Assembly: GCA_041651155.1 (NCBI GenBank)
Contig: JBAZJU010000002.1
Location: 89,852 to 153,851, forward strand
DNA: 64,000 nucleotides
Origin: Patescibacteria group bacterium
GTDB lineage: Bacteria > Patescibacteriota > Patescibacteriia > CAIXNZ01
Direction: 5' to 3'
Positions 10,316 through 19,483 of this stretch are shown here, one piece after another. The number at the start of each line of letters is the position of its first letter. The stretch's first letter is position 1. The notes under the pieces were generated by a model that saw only the letters and a list, made by a program, of their open reading frames with translations, was not told the DNA's origin and did no database searches. Made by a program: the position numbers and the translations under genes.

Positions 10316-11947
10316 ATGTTTAAGGGTTATACTAAGCGAGAAAATTTAATTGTGCTAGTAATAATTGGCACTGCGCTTTTGCTCTCCAGCCTGCCTTATG
10401 CGGTGGGTTTTTTTTGGGGCGGGCAAAATCATTTTCTCGGCGGCAGCCATATGAATTTAGGTGATGTGAGCGTTTACCGCTCATATATTGAGCAGGCAAA
10501 AGAAGGCAAAATATTGGTCTTGAATTTATTTACTTCAGAAACACAAACTGCCATGTATTTTACTCCGCTGTGGCTGGTGCTGGGGCTCTTGGCCAGACTT
10601 TTTAGCCTAAATAGCCTTTTAATTTTTCATTTAGCCAGGTTTTTAGCCGGATTTTTATTTTTATACTTTATTTTTTATTATTTTCTGGATTTATTTTTTA
10701 AAAAATATTGGGATAAAATCATTGCCTTACTTTTAATTTGTTTCTCCTCGGGCTTGGGTTTGTTTTTTAAGCCTCAGACAAAAAGTATAATTTTTGACGC
10801 CAAATATATCTGGCAAAATTTTTCAGTTGACTTGATTATGCCAGAATCAAACACTTTCTTAACTCTGGCCCATTCAGCTCTCTTTGTGATTTCTCAACTT
10901 TTAATTCTTCTCACATTTTATTGGCTTATAAAAGCCAATACGCAAAAGAAAACTTTATTTTTTCTTTTTGGTGTCAGTTTTATTCTGGGACTTATTCATA
11001 CTTATGATATTTTAATTGTTTTGGGGGTCTCTCTTGCTTATTTGATTACTGGATTTATTTTTAGAAAACAAAGCTTAATTTTTAATTTTAAAAATTATAT
11101 CCTAAAAATTTTTATAATTGGTTTGGGCTATGCCCCGGCCTTTTATTATTTTTATTTTATAGTAAGAAGAGAGCCGGCTTTGTGGGGCTGGATAAGCCAA
11201 AACATTACAGACTCGCCTTCTTTTAAGATGTATTTAATTGCCTATGGCTTTTTAATTTTTTTTAGTATTTTCAGCCTGCGCTTATTAAAAAAGCAAAACA
11301 ACAAAAATGTCTATTTTTTAATAGTCTGGGTTTTGACCTTGTTTGTTTTAGCATATTTGCCGCTTTCTTTTCAGAGGAGATTGATTAGCACCGAACACAT
11401 TGCCCTGGCGATTCTGGCAACTTATAGTTTAAGCTGGCTGGTTGCTGAAATTTTAAAAATATATAAAAAAAGATGGCAAAATATATTAACTGTAATTTTA
11501 TTGTTTGTGTTTATGAGCCTGGCAAATCTGTCTTTTGTTGTTACGGTTATATATGATTATATTAAACTGCCGCAGATTTTTTATTTGCCTGATAGTTTTT
11601 ACCAGGCTGCGGTCTGGCTTAAAACAAAGAGCTTAAGCAATGAAGCTGTCTTAGCCAGCGCGCAAAATGGCATGATTTTACCGCCTTTTATCAACAGACC
11701 TGTTTTTTTAGGCAGCGGGCATCAGACCTTGGATTTTCAACATAAAAGAGAACTTTTAGATAAGTGGTTTTTTCAGGATAATAATCAGGCAGACGCCAAA
11801 AAACAATTTTTGCAAAATTATAATATTAAATATATATTTTATACAGCCAGGGAAAAGTTATTGGGTAATTATGATCTTGATAAAGCCGATTATTTGCAGC
11901 AAGTTTACGCTAATAAAGAGGTTAAAATTTACAAATTAATTGATTGA
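10316..11947 (+). CDS. GT-C-type multi-pass membrane glycosyltransferase
   Basis: GDVSVYRSYI first-loop motif, many TMs, C-terminal FLQNYNIKYIF domain. Confidence 0.65.
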   Translation: MFKGYTKRENLIVLVIIGTALLLSSLPYAVGFFWGGQNHFLGGSHMNLGDVSVYRSYIEQAKEGKILVLNLFTSETQTAMYFTPLWLVLGLLARLFSLNSLLIFHLARFLAGFLFLYFIFYYFLDLFFKKYWDKIIALLLICFSSGLGLFFKPQTKSIIFDAKYIWQNFSVDLIMPESNTFLTLAHSALFVISQLLILLTFYWLIKANTQKKTLFFLFGVSFILGLIHTYDILIVLGVSLAYLITGFIFRKQSLIFNFKNYILKIFIIGLGYAPAFYYFYFIVRREPALWGWISQNITDSPSFKMYLIAYGFLIFFSIFSLRLLKKQNNKNVYFLIVWVLTLFVLAYLPLSFQRRLISTEHIALAILATYSLSWLVAEILKIYKKRWQNILTVILLFVFMSLANLSFVVTVIYDYIKLPQIFYLPDSFYQAAVWLKTKSLSNEAVLASAQNGMILPPFINRPVFLGSGHQTLDFQHKRELLDKWFFQDNNQADAKKQFLQNYNIKYIFYTAREKLLGNYDLDKADYLQQVYANKEVKIYKLID

Positions 11948-11948
11948 G

Positions 11949-12674
11949 ATGAAAAAATTGTTAATTGTAATCCCGGCTTATAATGAGGCTAAAATAATTA
12001 AAGCAAATTTAGAAAAATTAGCAGATTATGCCCAGGCAAATTTGCAGGCTTATGATTATAAAATAGTTGTCTCTGATAATAATTCAACTGATTTAACAGG
12101 GCGGATTGTGAAAGATTTGCTGCCTTCAATAAATCATTTAGAATATTTGTTTGTGCCGCAAAAAGGCAAGGGCGTGGCAGTTTTAACTGCCTGGCAAAAA
12201 TACCAAAATGATTATGATTTTTTTGCTTTTATGGATGCTGATTTGGCCACTGATTTGAGAGCATTTTTACCGCTTGTCACTGCCCTGGAGCAGGGCTATG
12301 ACCTGGCGATTGGTTCAAGGTATTTAAAAGAATCTGAAGTCAGGCGTTCTTTATTTAGAAAAATTATGTCTTATGCTTATCGCTTATTTATAAAAATATT
12401 TTTAAATACCGAAATAAATGATTTTCCAACTGGCTTTAAAGCAGTGAGCCAGAAAGTCGTAAAACAAATAATTCCTTTGGTAAAAAACACAACTTGGTTT
12501 TTTGATAGTGAAATTATTTATCAGTCAGAAAAAAGAGGCTTGAAAATTAAAGAAATCCCGGTCAAGTGGGTTGAACCAAGAGGCAAGGGCGATAAAAGCA
12601 GGGTTAATCCTCTAAAAGTTTCCTTGCTATATTTAAAGGAAATTATTAAGTTAAGATTTTTTAAAGGCAGGTAG
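11949..12674 (+). CDS. GT2 polyprenol-phosphate glycosyltransferase (DPM/DPG synthase-like)
   Basis: IPAYNE, DNNSTD, MDADL, GSRY and WFFDSE motifs. Confidence 0.9.
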   Translation: MKKLLIVIPAYNEAKIIKANLEKLADYAQANLQAYDYKIVVSDNNSTDLTGRIVKDLLPSINHLEYLFVPQKGKGVAVLTAWQKYQNDYDFFAFMDADLATDLRAFLPLVTALEQGYDLAIGSRYLKESEVRRSLFRKIMSYAYRLFIKIFLNTEINDFPTGFKAVSQKVVKQIIPLVKNTTWFFDSEIIYQSEKRGLKIKEIPVKWVEPRGKGDKSRVNPLKVSLLYLKEIIKLRFFKGR

Positions 12675-12707
12675 TTTTTTCGGGGATTTACTGGATTTTT
12701 TGCATGG

Positions 12708-14585
12708 TTAATTTAGCTCAAACTGGCCGATAATTTCTTTTTTATCCCAGACAACCTGATTACTGTTGAGGCCGTCTAATTCCAAGCCGCCAGATAAATT
12801 TAAGATCTGGGCGGTTTTTATTTTTGGCAGATTATAAAAGTTCAGCTGGATAATCTGACCTATTTGCCATTCGCTGGTCGGGTAAAGCCCGTAGCCCAGA
12901 GGATAAAGTTCCTTATCAAGCTGGATAAAATAATTTTTATAAATTTTAGTCAGAGGTTTGAAGTACAAAGAAGTTAAATTATCACTTGTGTCAAACCCGA
13001 GGAAATTTATTTGTTCGTTTAAATTCAAATCCGCTGGTTTAGTAATCGCTGGTATTTCTTTGTCATAGATTTTATACAAGGCAATGCCTGTATCTGGCGC
13101 ATTTTTTTCCCAAAGAGCTAAATTTTGTTCAATTTTAATCAGCTGGAAATCTGGAGATAATAATTTTCTCAAGTTATCATCACCTTGATAAAAAATCCCA
13201 GGCAAATTTTTCTCATAAAGAGTTTGATAAGAAGCTAAATCAGTAAAATTAATTAAGACATATTGTAAGTCAGCCGGTGTGGGAAAATCTTTAACCAAGT
13301 ATTGTTGTTTGCCTAAAAATAAATAATTTAAAGAGTAAAGTTTTGGCCTGGAAGAAAGATTAGAAATAAGATCAAAGCTGGTTGCAGCTGAAACATTGGC
13401 AGGAATTTCTTTTAAAAATTTATTTTTTAAAGTTATCTGCTGGTAGTCTGTGGCAAAGATTGCCTGGGAAAAAGCCAAGACTGGACCAAGCACAAAAAAA
13501 AGATAAATTAAACTGATAATAACGATTAAGGCAATGACATCTTTGTATTTTTGCCAGATAAGAATGCTTTTTTGCCTGGCAGATATTTTTTTAAGAGAAA
13601 AAATGGCAGCCAAGGAAAAGACAATTAAAAATATGGCGCCATAGTGCATTTTTAAAATAGCTTCGCCTGAAGCCGGACCCAAAACTAATTGCATAAACAT
13701 GCCCAAAGAAAGTAAAAGATATTTAGGCCGGTAAAGCGGAATAAATAAAAAAACCATAAAGAATCCGAGCACAAATTCAAAATTAGTCAGAGTCAAAAGA
13801 TGGCTTAAAACTAAAGGCAACTTGACAAAGAAATTTATAAAAATTTCTTGCAGGTTTGCGCCCAGCCAATTATAATAAATCAGAAATTTATAATCTTGAG
13901 AGGAAGAAAAATAAGCAGTCGCTTTCAAAGCCAGAAAAAAATACGCAGTTGAGACAAAAAGAGGCGTTAGAATCCATTTTAGTTTTTTTCTATCTAAAAT
14001 CGCTATTATGCCAAACATAAAAATAACAAAAGCCAGATCTTCGCGCACCAAGAGGGTTAAAAGGGCTAAACCTAAAAAAGAAGAAAATTTATTCTGATCA
14101 TAAAAATAAAATGTCCAGGCAATAAAAAAAGGCGCCAAGGCCAGCATGTGGAATTCAAAAGTATTGATGTTAAGAGTTACTGGATTAAAAAGGTATAAAA
14201 TAACAATTAACAATGTTTGCCAGGGATTCAAATATTTTTTAGCAATTAGATATAAGGGGATTACTGTGAAGGCTAAAAATAATGTTTGGATAAAAAGCAG
14301 ATTTAAAGGTGATTTAAATAAAGAATAAAATGGGATTAGAAAAAAAATTAAAATTTCAAAATGATCGCCCAGATAAGAAGTCGGGTGGATTGTAAATTGA
14401 AAAAAATGGCTCTGGCTGGAATTAAAAAAAACCTGGTTAAAAATCGCCAGATCCAGACCATTGTAGCTGAAAGTAAAGTACTTAAATAAGCACAGGCCAA
14501 AAGCCAGGACAATATAAACAGCCAGCATGATTAAAAGTAGCTTATTTAATTTTTGCCAGTTGAGATTTTTAAAATAGGAAAACAT
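12708..14585 (-). CDS. DUF2079-like GT-C membrane protein
   Basis: DLAIFNQ, YLGDHF, FEFH and REDL motifs; start trimmed to ATG 14585. Confidence 0.8.
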   Translation of the reverse strand: MFSYFKNLNWQKLNKLLLIMLAVYIVLAFGLCLFKYFTFSYNGLDLAIFNQVFFNSSQSHFFQFTIHPTSYLGDHFEILIFFLIPFYSLFKSPLNLLFIQTLFLAFTVIPLYLIAKKYLNPWQTLLIVILYLFNPVTLNINTFEFHMLALAPFFIAWTFYFYDQNKFSSFLGLALLTLLVREDLAFVIFMFGIIAILDRKKLKWILTPLFVSTAYFFLALKATAYFSSSQDYKFLIYYNWLGANLQEIFINFFVKLPLVLSHLLTLTNFEFVLGFFMVFLFIPLYRPKYLLLSLGMFMQLVLGPASGEAILKMHYGAIFLIVFSLAAIFSLKKISARQKSILIWQKYKDVIALIVIISLIYLFFVLGPVLAFSQAIFATDYQQITLKNKFLKEIPANVSAATSFDLISNLSSRPKLYSLNYLFLGKQQYLVKDFPTPADLQYVLINFTDLASYQTLYEKNLPGIFYQGDDNLRKLLSPDFQLIKIEQNLALWEKNAPDTGIALYKIYDKEIPAITKPADLNLNEQINFLGFDTSDNLTSLYFKPLTKIYKNYFIQLDKELYPLGYGLYPTSEWQIGQIIQLNFYNLPKIKTAQILNLSGGLELDGLNSNQVVWDKKEIIGQFELN

Positions 14586-14755
14586 ATAACTTAATTTTAT
14601 GCTAAATTTAGGGAAAGATAAAGAAGAGAAGGGTAAGATGGGTAAGAGGAGCAAAAAGGGTAAAAGGGGGATTATTTTAGAGTTTAGGAGCTTGTTTTTT
14701 ATCTTATTTTAGCCACAAAAGGGATCTTTTAGAGCTAAAGTTAGCGCATGTTCTA

Positions 14756-14784
14756 TTGACAAATAGATAATCTTGTGATATACT
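14756..14784 (+). promoter_or_regulatory. Near-consensus sigma70 promoter
   Basis: TTGACA-17-TATACT with extended TG. Confidence 0.8.
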
Positions 14785-14871
14785 GAAAAATCCAAAACTG
14801 TTTGGATTTGTTCATTGAACAAACAAGAAACATTGAAAAATATAGGCACAAAGTGCCAAAGGAGGAGTGAA

Positions 14872-15480
14872 ATGAAAAAGAGTTTTTTGGTAATCGTGGT
14901 AATGGTGATGGCTTTGTCAGGTATGGCCTGCATCCATCCTCAGCCAATTTCTGTAACCCTACATCGCGATGGGCTTAACGTTGAGGTCAATGGCGACAGA
15001 GAAGCGGTTCAATCTTTGGTAGCAGACTCGCCCGCTCTAGATGCAACTCAGGATTTCAGCGGCGGTATTAACCCCGCCATCGCTGCTGCTATTCAGAAAA
15101 ATCCCAATGCCACAGTGATTTATTCGCCGGATCGCGGAGTCACCTATATTCCGGAAGGTGGACAGGAAGCGGCCGCTAAATATCGCGGAATAATTCATAA
15201 TGACAGCAATAAAAACATTTTTGTGGATATTGCGTCAGCGACAAATCCAGGAGTTAAACGTAGTTTTTATCTCAGGGCCAATCAATCGATTTCCGCTGTT
15301 CTTTTTCCGGGCAGATACAACTACACTATAGGGTGGAACAATCCTCAAGGTAAAAGAGTGTTGTTGCTTCCTCCAAGCAGTTTAATAATTGACGCCTTTA
15401 CCCAAAATGCAACTTCTCCCGACAATGGAGAACCACTTCCGTGGACCTTAAGCTATGTGGAAACACCGGTGCCACGCTAA
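14872..15480 (+). CDS. Hypothetical lipoprotein
   Basis: AAGGAGG SD before ATG 14872; signal peptide ending GMA-C. Confidence 0.7.
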   Translation: MKKSFLVIVVMVMALSGMACIHPQPISVTLHRDGLNVEVNGDREAVQSLVADSPALDATQDFSGGINPAIAAAIQKNPNATVIYSPDRGVTYIPEGGQEAAAKYRGIIHNDSNKNIFVDIASATNPGVKRSFYLRANQSISAVLFPGRYNYTIGWNNPQGKRVLLLPPSSLIIDAFTQNATSPDNGEPLPWTLSYVETPVPR

Positions 15481-15502
15481 AAAAAGAAAAATCGGCAAAC
15501 TT

Positions 15503-15527
15503 AAAGAGGGACTCTGTCCCTCTTTTT
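15503..15527. terminator. Bidirectional intrinsic terminator
   Basis: AAAGAGGGAC-TCT-GTCCCTCTTTTT between convergent genes. Confidence 0.75.
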
Positions 15528-15540
15528 AAATTGGAAAATA

Positions 15541-15999
15541 TTAAGGCTGAATAATTACGGTACCAGGCGGGTTTGTACCCGGTGGTTCTGTCCCTGGCGG
15601 ATTTTCGCCGCCAGTTGAAGATCCTGTGCCGATTGAATTAATAATTTGCGAAGTAATAAAACTGGCAATAGCATAGGCGCTCAAAATAATAACTATGCCA
15701 ATAATGGCAGTTGTTAAAATGCCTTTGGCTTTTTTAAGGACTGGTTCCTGGCCTTGGGAAGTTAAATACAAAAAGCCAGCATACAAAATCATGGCAACTG
15801 AGATTATTCCCAAAAGGCCTAGAAGCGTTTGAATAATTAGGGCTGCTAAAATTTGGGGTGATTGCGGAGTTTCTACGCCATAAACTGCTTGACCCAGGTT
15901 TTGCACTCCTCCGCTGATTATGCCGGCGGAAGCTATTTGCGCGGTCAACAAAAATCCGAAGATTATCAGCGGAATTATAGCTATTTTATTTATTTTCAT
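15541..15999 (-). CDS. VirB2/TrbC-like pilin with Pro/Thr-rich tail
   Basis: Signal peptide, then ILYAGFLYLTSQG...KKAKGILTTAIIGIVII. Confidence 0.8.
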   Translation of the reverse strand: MKINKIAIIPLIIFGFLLTAQIASAGIISGGVQNLGQAVYGVETPQSPQILAALIIQTLLGLLGIISVAMILYAGFLYLTSQGQEPVLKKAKGILTTAIIGIVIILSAYAIASFITSQIINSIGTGSSTGGENPPGTEPPGTNPPGTVIIQP

Positions 16000-16019
16000 A
16001 TAGCAAAATTATTTATTAA

Positions 16020-16604
16020 CTAAGGGGTTTGCGGACGCAAACAATCATCAACGCTTGCCAGGCCGCAGGCTTGCCAGTGGCCAGTGCAAAAAGGAGTCTG
16101 GCGGCAGCAAATAGCATCAGCAGATTTGTAATAATCATAGCGGGCATTGCAGCAGGCAATGCTGGTGTACATATTAATATCCTGGCTATTATCGCATAAA
16201 GGATTGTAAGCTCCCTGGCTTGCTGGTTGAGCGCCGGGAGATTCTAAGGTCGTAGTTATAAAATAAGTGATTGTATAACCGGAAAAAATAATAATAATAC
16301 CGATTACTGCCGCAGTTAAAGTGTTTTTGCCTTTCTTGATTTTGTCTTCACTGCCGCCAGAGACTAAATAAAGATAGCCGCCATACATCAGGAGCGCGAC
16401 AAAAACAATGCCTAAGAGCGTAAAAAGAGCCATAATTATATTGGCCGCATAAGCTGCCAGAGAAATCTGATCGCCTGGATAAGCTAGCGAGCCTGTTTTA
16501 TTTAAGCCTTGCAAAAAATTAGACTGGGCTAAAACAGGATAAAAATATAAAAATATGCCCAAAGTTATAATTATGATAAAGAGAATAGAAAGATTTTTTT
16601 TCAT
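16020..16604 (-). CDS. VirB2/TrbC-like pilin with Cys-rich C-terminal domain
   Basis: MYGGYLYLVSGGSEDKIKKGK core; 8 Cys in tail. Confidence 0.8.
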   Translation of the reverse strand: MKKNLSILFIIIITLGIFLYFYPVLAQSNFLQGLNKTGSLAYPGDQISLAAYAANIIMALFTLLGIVFVALLMYGGYLYLVSGGSEDKIKKGKNTLTAAVIGIIIIFSGYTITYFITTTLESPGAQPASQGAYNPLCDNSQDINMYTSIACCNARYDYYKSADAICCRQTPFCTGHWQACGLASVDDCLRPQTP

Positions 16605-16608
16605 AATG

Positions 16609-17040
16609 CTAGGGGTTAGATTGGGTCGTCTCGGTCGTATTTGACTGTGAACCTTCCAAGACCTGGCTAATAAAGAAAGTAATTGTATAAGCAGCAGTTA
16701 TTATAGCTAAGCCAATTACTGCATTAACTAATAATTTTTTAGCTTTTTCAATTTTGTCAGGAGCACCGCCAGCTGTCATCCATTTAAAGCCGCCATAAAT
16801 AAATAAAATCAAAAATATCATGCCCACCAGGCTCAAAAGAGCTTTGATTATATTGGCAATAATAATGCTTATTTCAGAAGTTTGCACGCCTGCTGATTGG
16901 GCGCTTGTTTCAATGCCCTGATTAGCATTTTGAAAATTTAAGGCAGCCTGCGCAACTATTGGCATCACAAAAATAAAAGCCAGCACAACAAAAATTATCA
17001 GGCTTAAGTATCTTTTTTTAATTTTGCCAAGTCGGATCAT
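16609..17040 (-). CDS. VirB2/TrbC-like pilin
   Basis: IYGGFKWMTAGGAPDKIEKAKK core. Confidence 0.85.
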   Translation of the reverse strand: MIRLGKIKKRYLSLIIFVVLAFIFVMPIVAQAALNFQNANQGIETSAQSAGVQTSEISIIIANIIKALLSLVGMIFLILFIYGGFKWMTAGGAPDKIEKAKKLLVNAVIGLAIITAAYTITFFISQVLEGSQSNTTETTQSNP

Positions 17041-17740
17041 ATTCGCAGTAATTATAAGGGATATAGTGAAAATGACAGTGGGTGCCTAGTTTTTCGCATT
17101 CTGACTGGCTGCAGATATTAGTTGCGCCTTGGCCGCATTGATCGCATTTTTCATCAGCATAAAGCGGCAGGCAGCAGATTTGGTTGCCGCAATCAGTAGT
17201 AATGCCAAGAGACTTGCCCTGTAATTGCCTGAGGCAAAAATCAAGGGCGGCACATTGGGCTCCGCCGGGCTGCTCTGTACAGGTGATTCCTATGGCGGTG
17301 CCGCTGCCTGGTTGATTAGTATTTTGGTTGAGGTTGGTAGTATTTGAATTTTGCGTTTCCTGAAAAGAAGGGCCTGACATGATAGAAGATGCGATAAAAG
17401 TGGTAAGGGCATAGGCACCGACTACAATTAATGCGCCAACAGTGGCATAGCTCAAAGTTTTTTTGGCTTTGCCGATTTTGTCTTCACTGCCAGCCGAAGT
17501 CAGCCAAACAAAACCGCCATAAATAAATAAAATAAAAAAAATAGCGCCAACCACGCCTAAAACAGCAGTGATGACGCCAGCTATAATTACAGTATAATCA
17601 GCCTGGGTCACGCCGGCTTCAGTGGCTGTTTTTTGGGAAAAGCCAGAAATATCAGTAAAGCTGTAAGCCCAGGCATTGCTAATTAAAAATAAACAGCCAA
17701 TGATTATAAAAAATAGTAAAAATATTCTTTTAAACTGCAT
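17018..17740 (-). CDS. VirB2/TrbC-like pilin with Cys-rich C-terminal domain
   Basis: IYGGFVWLTSAGSEDKIGKAKK core; Cys-rich tail. Confidence 0.8.
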   Translation of the reverse strand: MQFKRIFLLFFIIIGCLFLISNAWAYSFTDISGFSQKTATEAGVTQADYTVIIAGVITAVLGVVGAIFFILFIYGGFVWLTSAGSEDKIGKAKKTLSYATVGALIVVGAYALTTFIASSIMSGPSFQETQNSNTTNLNQNTNQPGSGTAIGITCTEQPGGAQCAALDFCLRQLQGKSLGITTDCGNQICCLPLYADEKCDQCGQGATNICSQSECEKLGTHCHFHYIPYNYCEYDPTWQN

Positions 17741-17760
17741 GGGGAAAGGTCAATCTTTTT

Positions 17761-18117
17761 TTATTTAAAAATTTGAAAAATTAAAGTGGTTATGGCATAG
17801 GCTGCGCCCAAAACAAGAGCGCCGATAATGGCCCAGGTAATTATTTTTTTGCCTTTGGCCACATTTTCGCCCCCGGCTGAAGTCATCATCATAATTCCGC
17901 CATAAACAATTAAGAATAAAAAAATAGAACCGCTTAAGGCCAAAGCAGCGCCGGCAAAACGCCCTAAAAAAGTCGGAACATCGCCTTGGGGCAGTCCGGC
18001 TACGGTGTTAGCTTCATTCAAACCATATTGGGCAAGAAGCGGGCTAAAAGGCAAAAGCAAGCCAAAAGTAAAAATGTATATATAAATTTTTTTAAACATA
18101 TAATTTTTTAGGAACAT
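17761..18117 (-). CDS. VirB2/TrbC-like pilin
   Basis: VYGGIMMMTSAGGENVAKGKK core. Confidence 0.8.
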   Translation of the reverse strand: MFLKNYMFKKIYIYIFTFGLLLPFSPLLAQYGLNEANTVAGLPQGDVPTFLGRFAGAALALSGSIFLFLIVYGGIMMMTSAGGENVAKGKKIITWAIIGALVLGAAYAITTLIFQIFK

Positions 18118-18145
18118 TTAAGGGGGCGAAGCGCCCCCTTAAATG
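18115..18145. terminator. Strong hairpin inside the pilin operon (terminator or mRNA stabiliser)
   Basis: CATTTAAGGGGGCG-AAG-CGCCCCCTTAAATG directly downstream of the 119-aa pilin. Confidence 0.65.
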
Positions 18146-18158
18146 CCTAAATGATAAA

Positions 18159-18518
18159 TTAAGTAGTTGCGTTCAGGATAGATGTAATAACGAAATTGGC
18201 AATCGCATAAGCTGCTAAAATAATGACTAAGCCGATAAGACCGGCCACAATCAATTCTTTAGCTTTTTTAGTCTTGTCAGAATCGCCCATAGAAGTCATC
18301 CATTTAAAGCCGCCTAAAAGAATGATCAACACAGCGACTAAGCCTAAAAGACCCATTGCTACATTTATAATTTGAGCGACTGTCACGCGTACATCTCGTG
18401 TGCCTAGGCCGATATAAGGCTGGATAGTATTCAGGCCTGGCTCAATTGTAGCTGCAGATGCCATGACCGGAACTACCAATAGGCTAAAAAGCGCTAAAAT
18501 TACAGCGAATTTTTTCAT
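18159..18518 (-). CDS. VirB2/TrbC-like pilin, candidate major subunit
   Basis: LGGFKWMTSMGDSDKTKKAKE core; no extension, own upstream intergenic region, downstream hairpin. Confidence 0.85.
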   Translation of the reverse strand: MKKFAVILALFSLLVVPVMASAATIEPGLNTIQPYIGLGTRDVRVTVAQIINVAMGLLGLVAVLIILLGGFKWMTSMGDSDKTKKAKELIVAGLIGLVIILAAYAIANFVITSILNATT

Positions 18519-18674
18519 GTTTTTAAACCCTTTCTTAATGCTTATTAAATCTAAGCATTGAAGAATTAATTATTAATTATATATAAATTGTTAAATTACT
18601 ATACCTTAATTATAATATTTTTTAGGTTTTAAGGCAAATTAAATTAATTTGTTAGTCTTTTAGCTCTTATCAGG

Positions 18675-19451
18675 CTAAATTGATGAGCTGCAACAACAAA
18701 TAGGAACGCCTTCTGGCTTATCAATGCACTCTTTGATATTATCCCAAGTTTCTGACAGGTTGACAGGGTTATTGCAAACAGAAACATTTGAGACGCAAGT
18801 AGCTGTGCAATTTGGGTGGTTTGCGCAAAAATTATTGCAAACAGTTGAACAATTAGTATCTAATAAAGTTTCATTGGTTTCCGGTTTGAGGCGGGCGCAT
18901 TTGTCAGTTGCATTTGGGCAGCTAATATAGGTTTGATTTTGAATATAATATTTGGCAGAATCAGGATTTGCAACACAGCTCCATTCTGCGCCAAAAGTTT
19001 TAGCGCAAAGATCAGGCGGGGTAAAAGTCGTGGCAGGCGTAGTTCCGCCTGTTGAACTTGGGGCTTGTGGAACAATGCCGCGAGTGATGCCTGTTAAAAT
19101 AAAATTAGTTAAGATGTAGCTGCCTAAAATCACAGCAATGCCGATCACTGCCCAGACTAAAACCGTCTTGCCTTTATTGATTGCATCTGATTTTCCTGCA
19201 GAAGTAAGCATTAGAAAACCGCCGTACACAAACATTAGCAAGGCAACTGCGCCAATAATGCCTAAAAAGGCTCGGATAATGCGGCCGATCAAAGTAGCCA
19301 CGCCAGCAGCGCCGGTTAAATTTCCCACAGGACTGACATCAGTTAAACTCACAGGCGCGTTGGCTGCTAAAGCAGCATTACTAATTAATAAGGCGCAGCT
19401 AAAAAAGATCAATAATAGGAGGAGTTTGTGTTTTTTTAGAAATTTCTTCAT
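18675..19451 (-). CDS. VirB2/TrbC-like pilin with Cys-rich C-terminal domain
   Basis: VYGGFLMLTSAGKSDAINKGK core; Thr/Pro linker; Cys-rich tail. Confidence 0.8.
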   Translation of the reverse strand: MKKFLKKHKLLLLLIFFSCALLISNAALAANAPVSLTDVSPVGNLTGAAGVATLIGRIIRAFLGIIGAVALLMFVYGGFLMLTSAGKSDAINKGKTVLVWAVIGIAVILGSYILTNFILTGITRGIVPQAPSSTGGTTPATTFTPPDLCAKTFGAEWSCVANPDSAKYYIQNQTYISCPNATDKCARLKPETNETLLDTNCSTVCNNFCANHPNCTATCVSNVSVCNNPVNLSETWDNIKECIDKPEGVPICCCSSSI

Positions 19452-19483
19452 GGGGCTTTTTTAAGAAGTTAGTTTAAAAAGTT

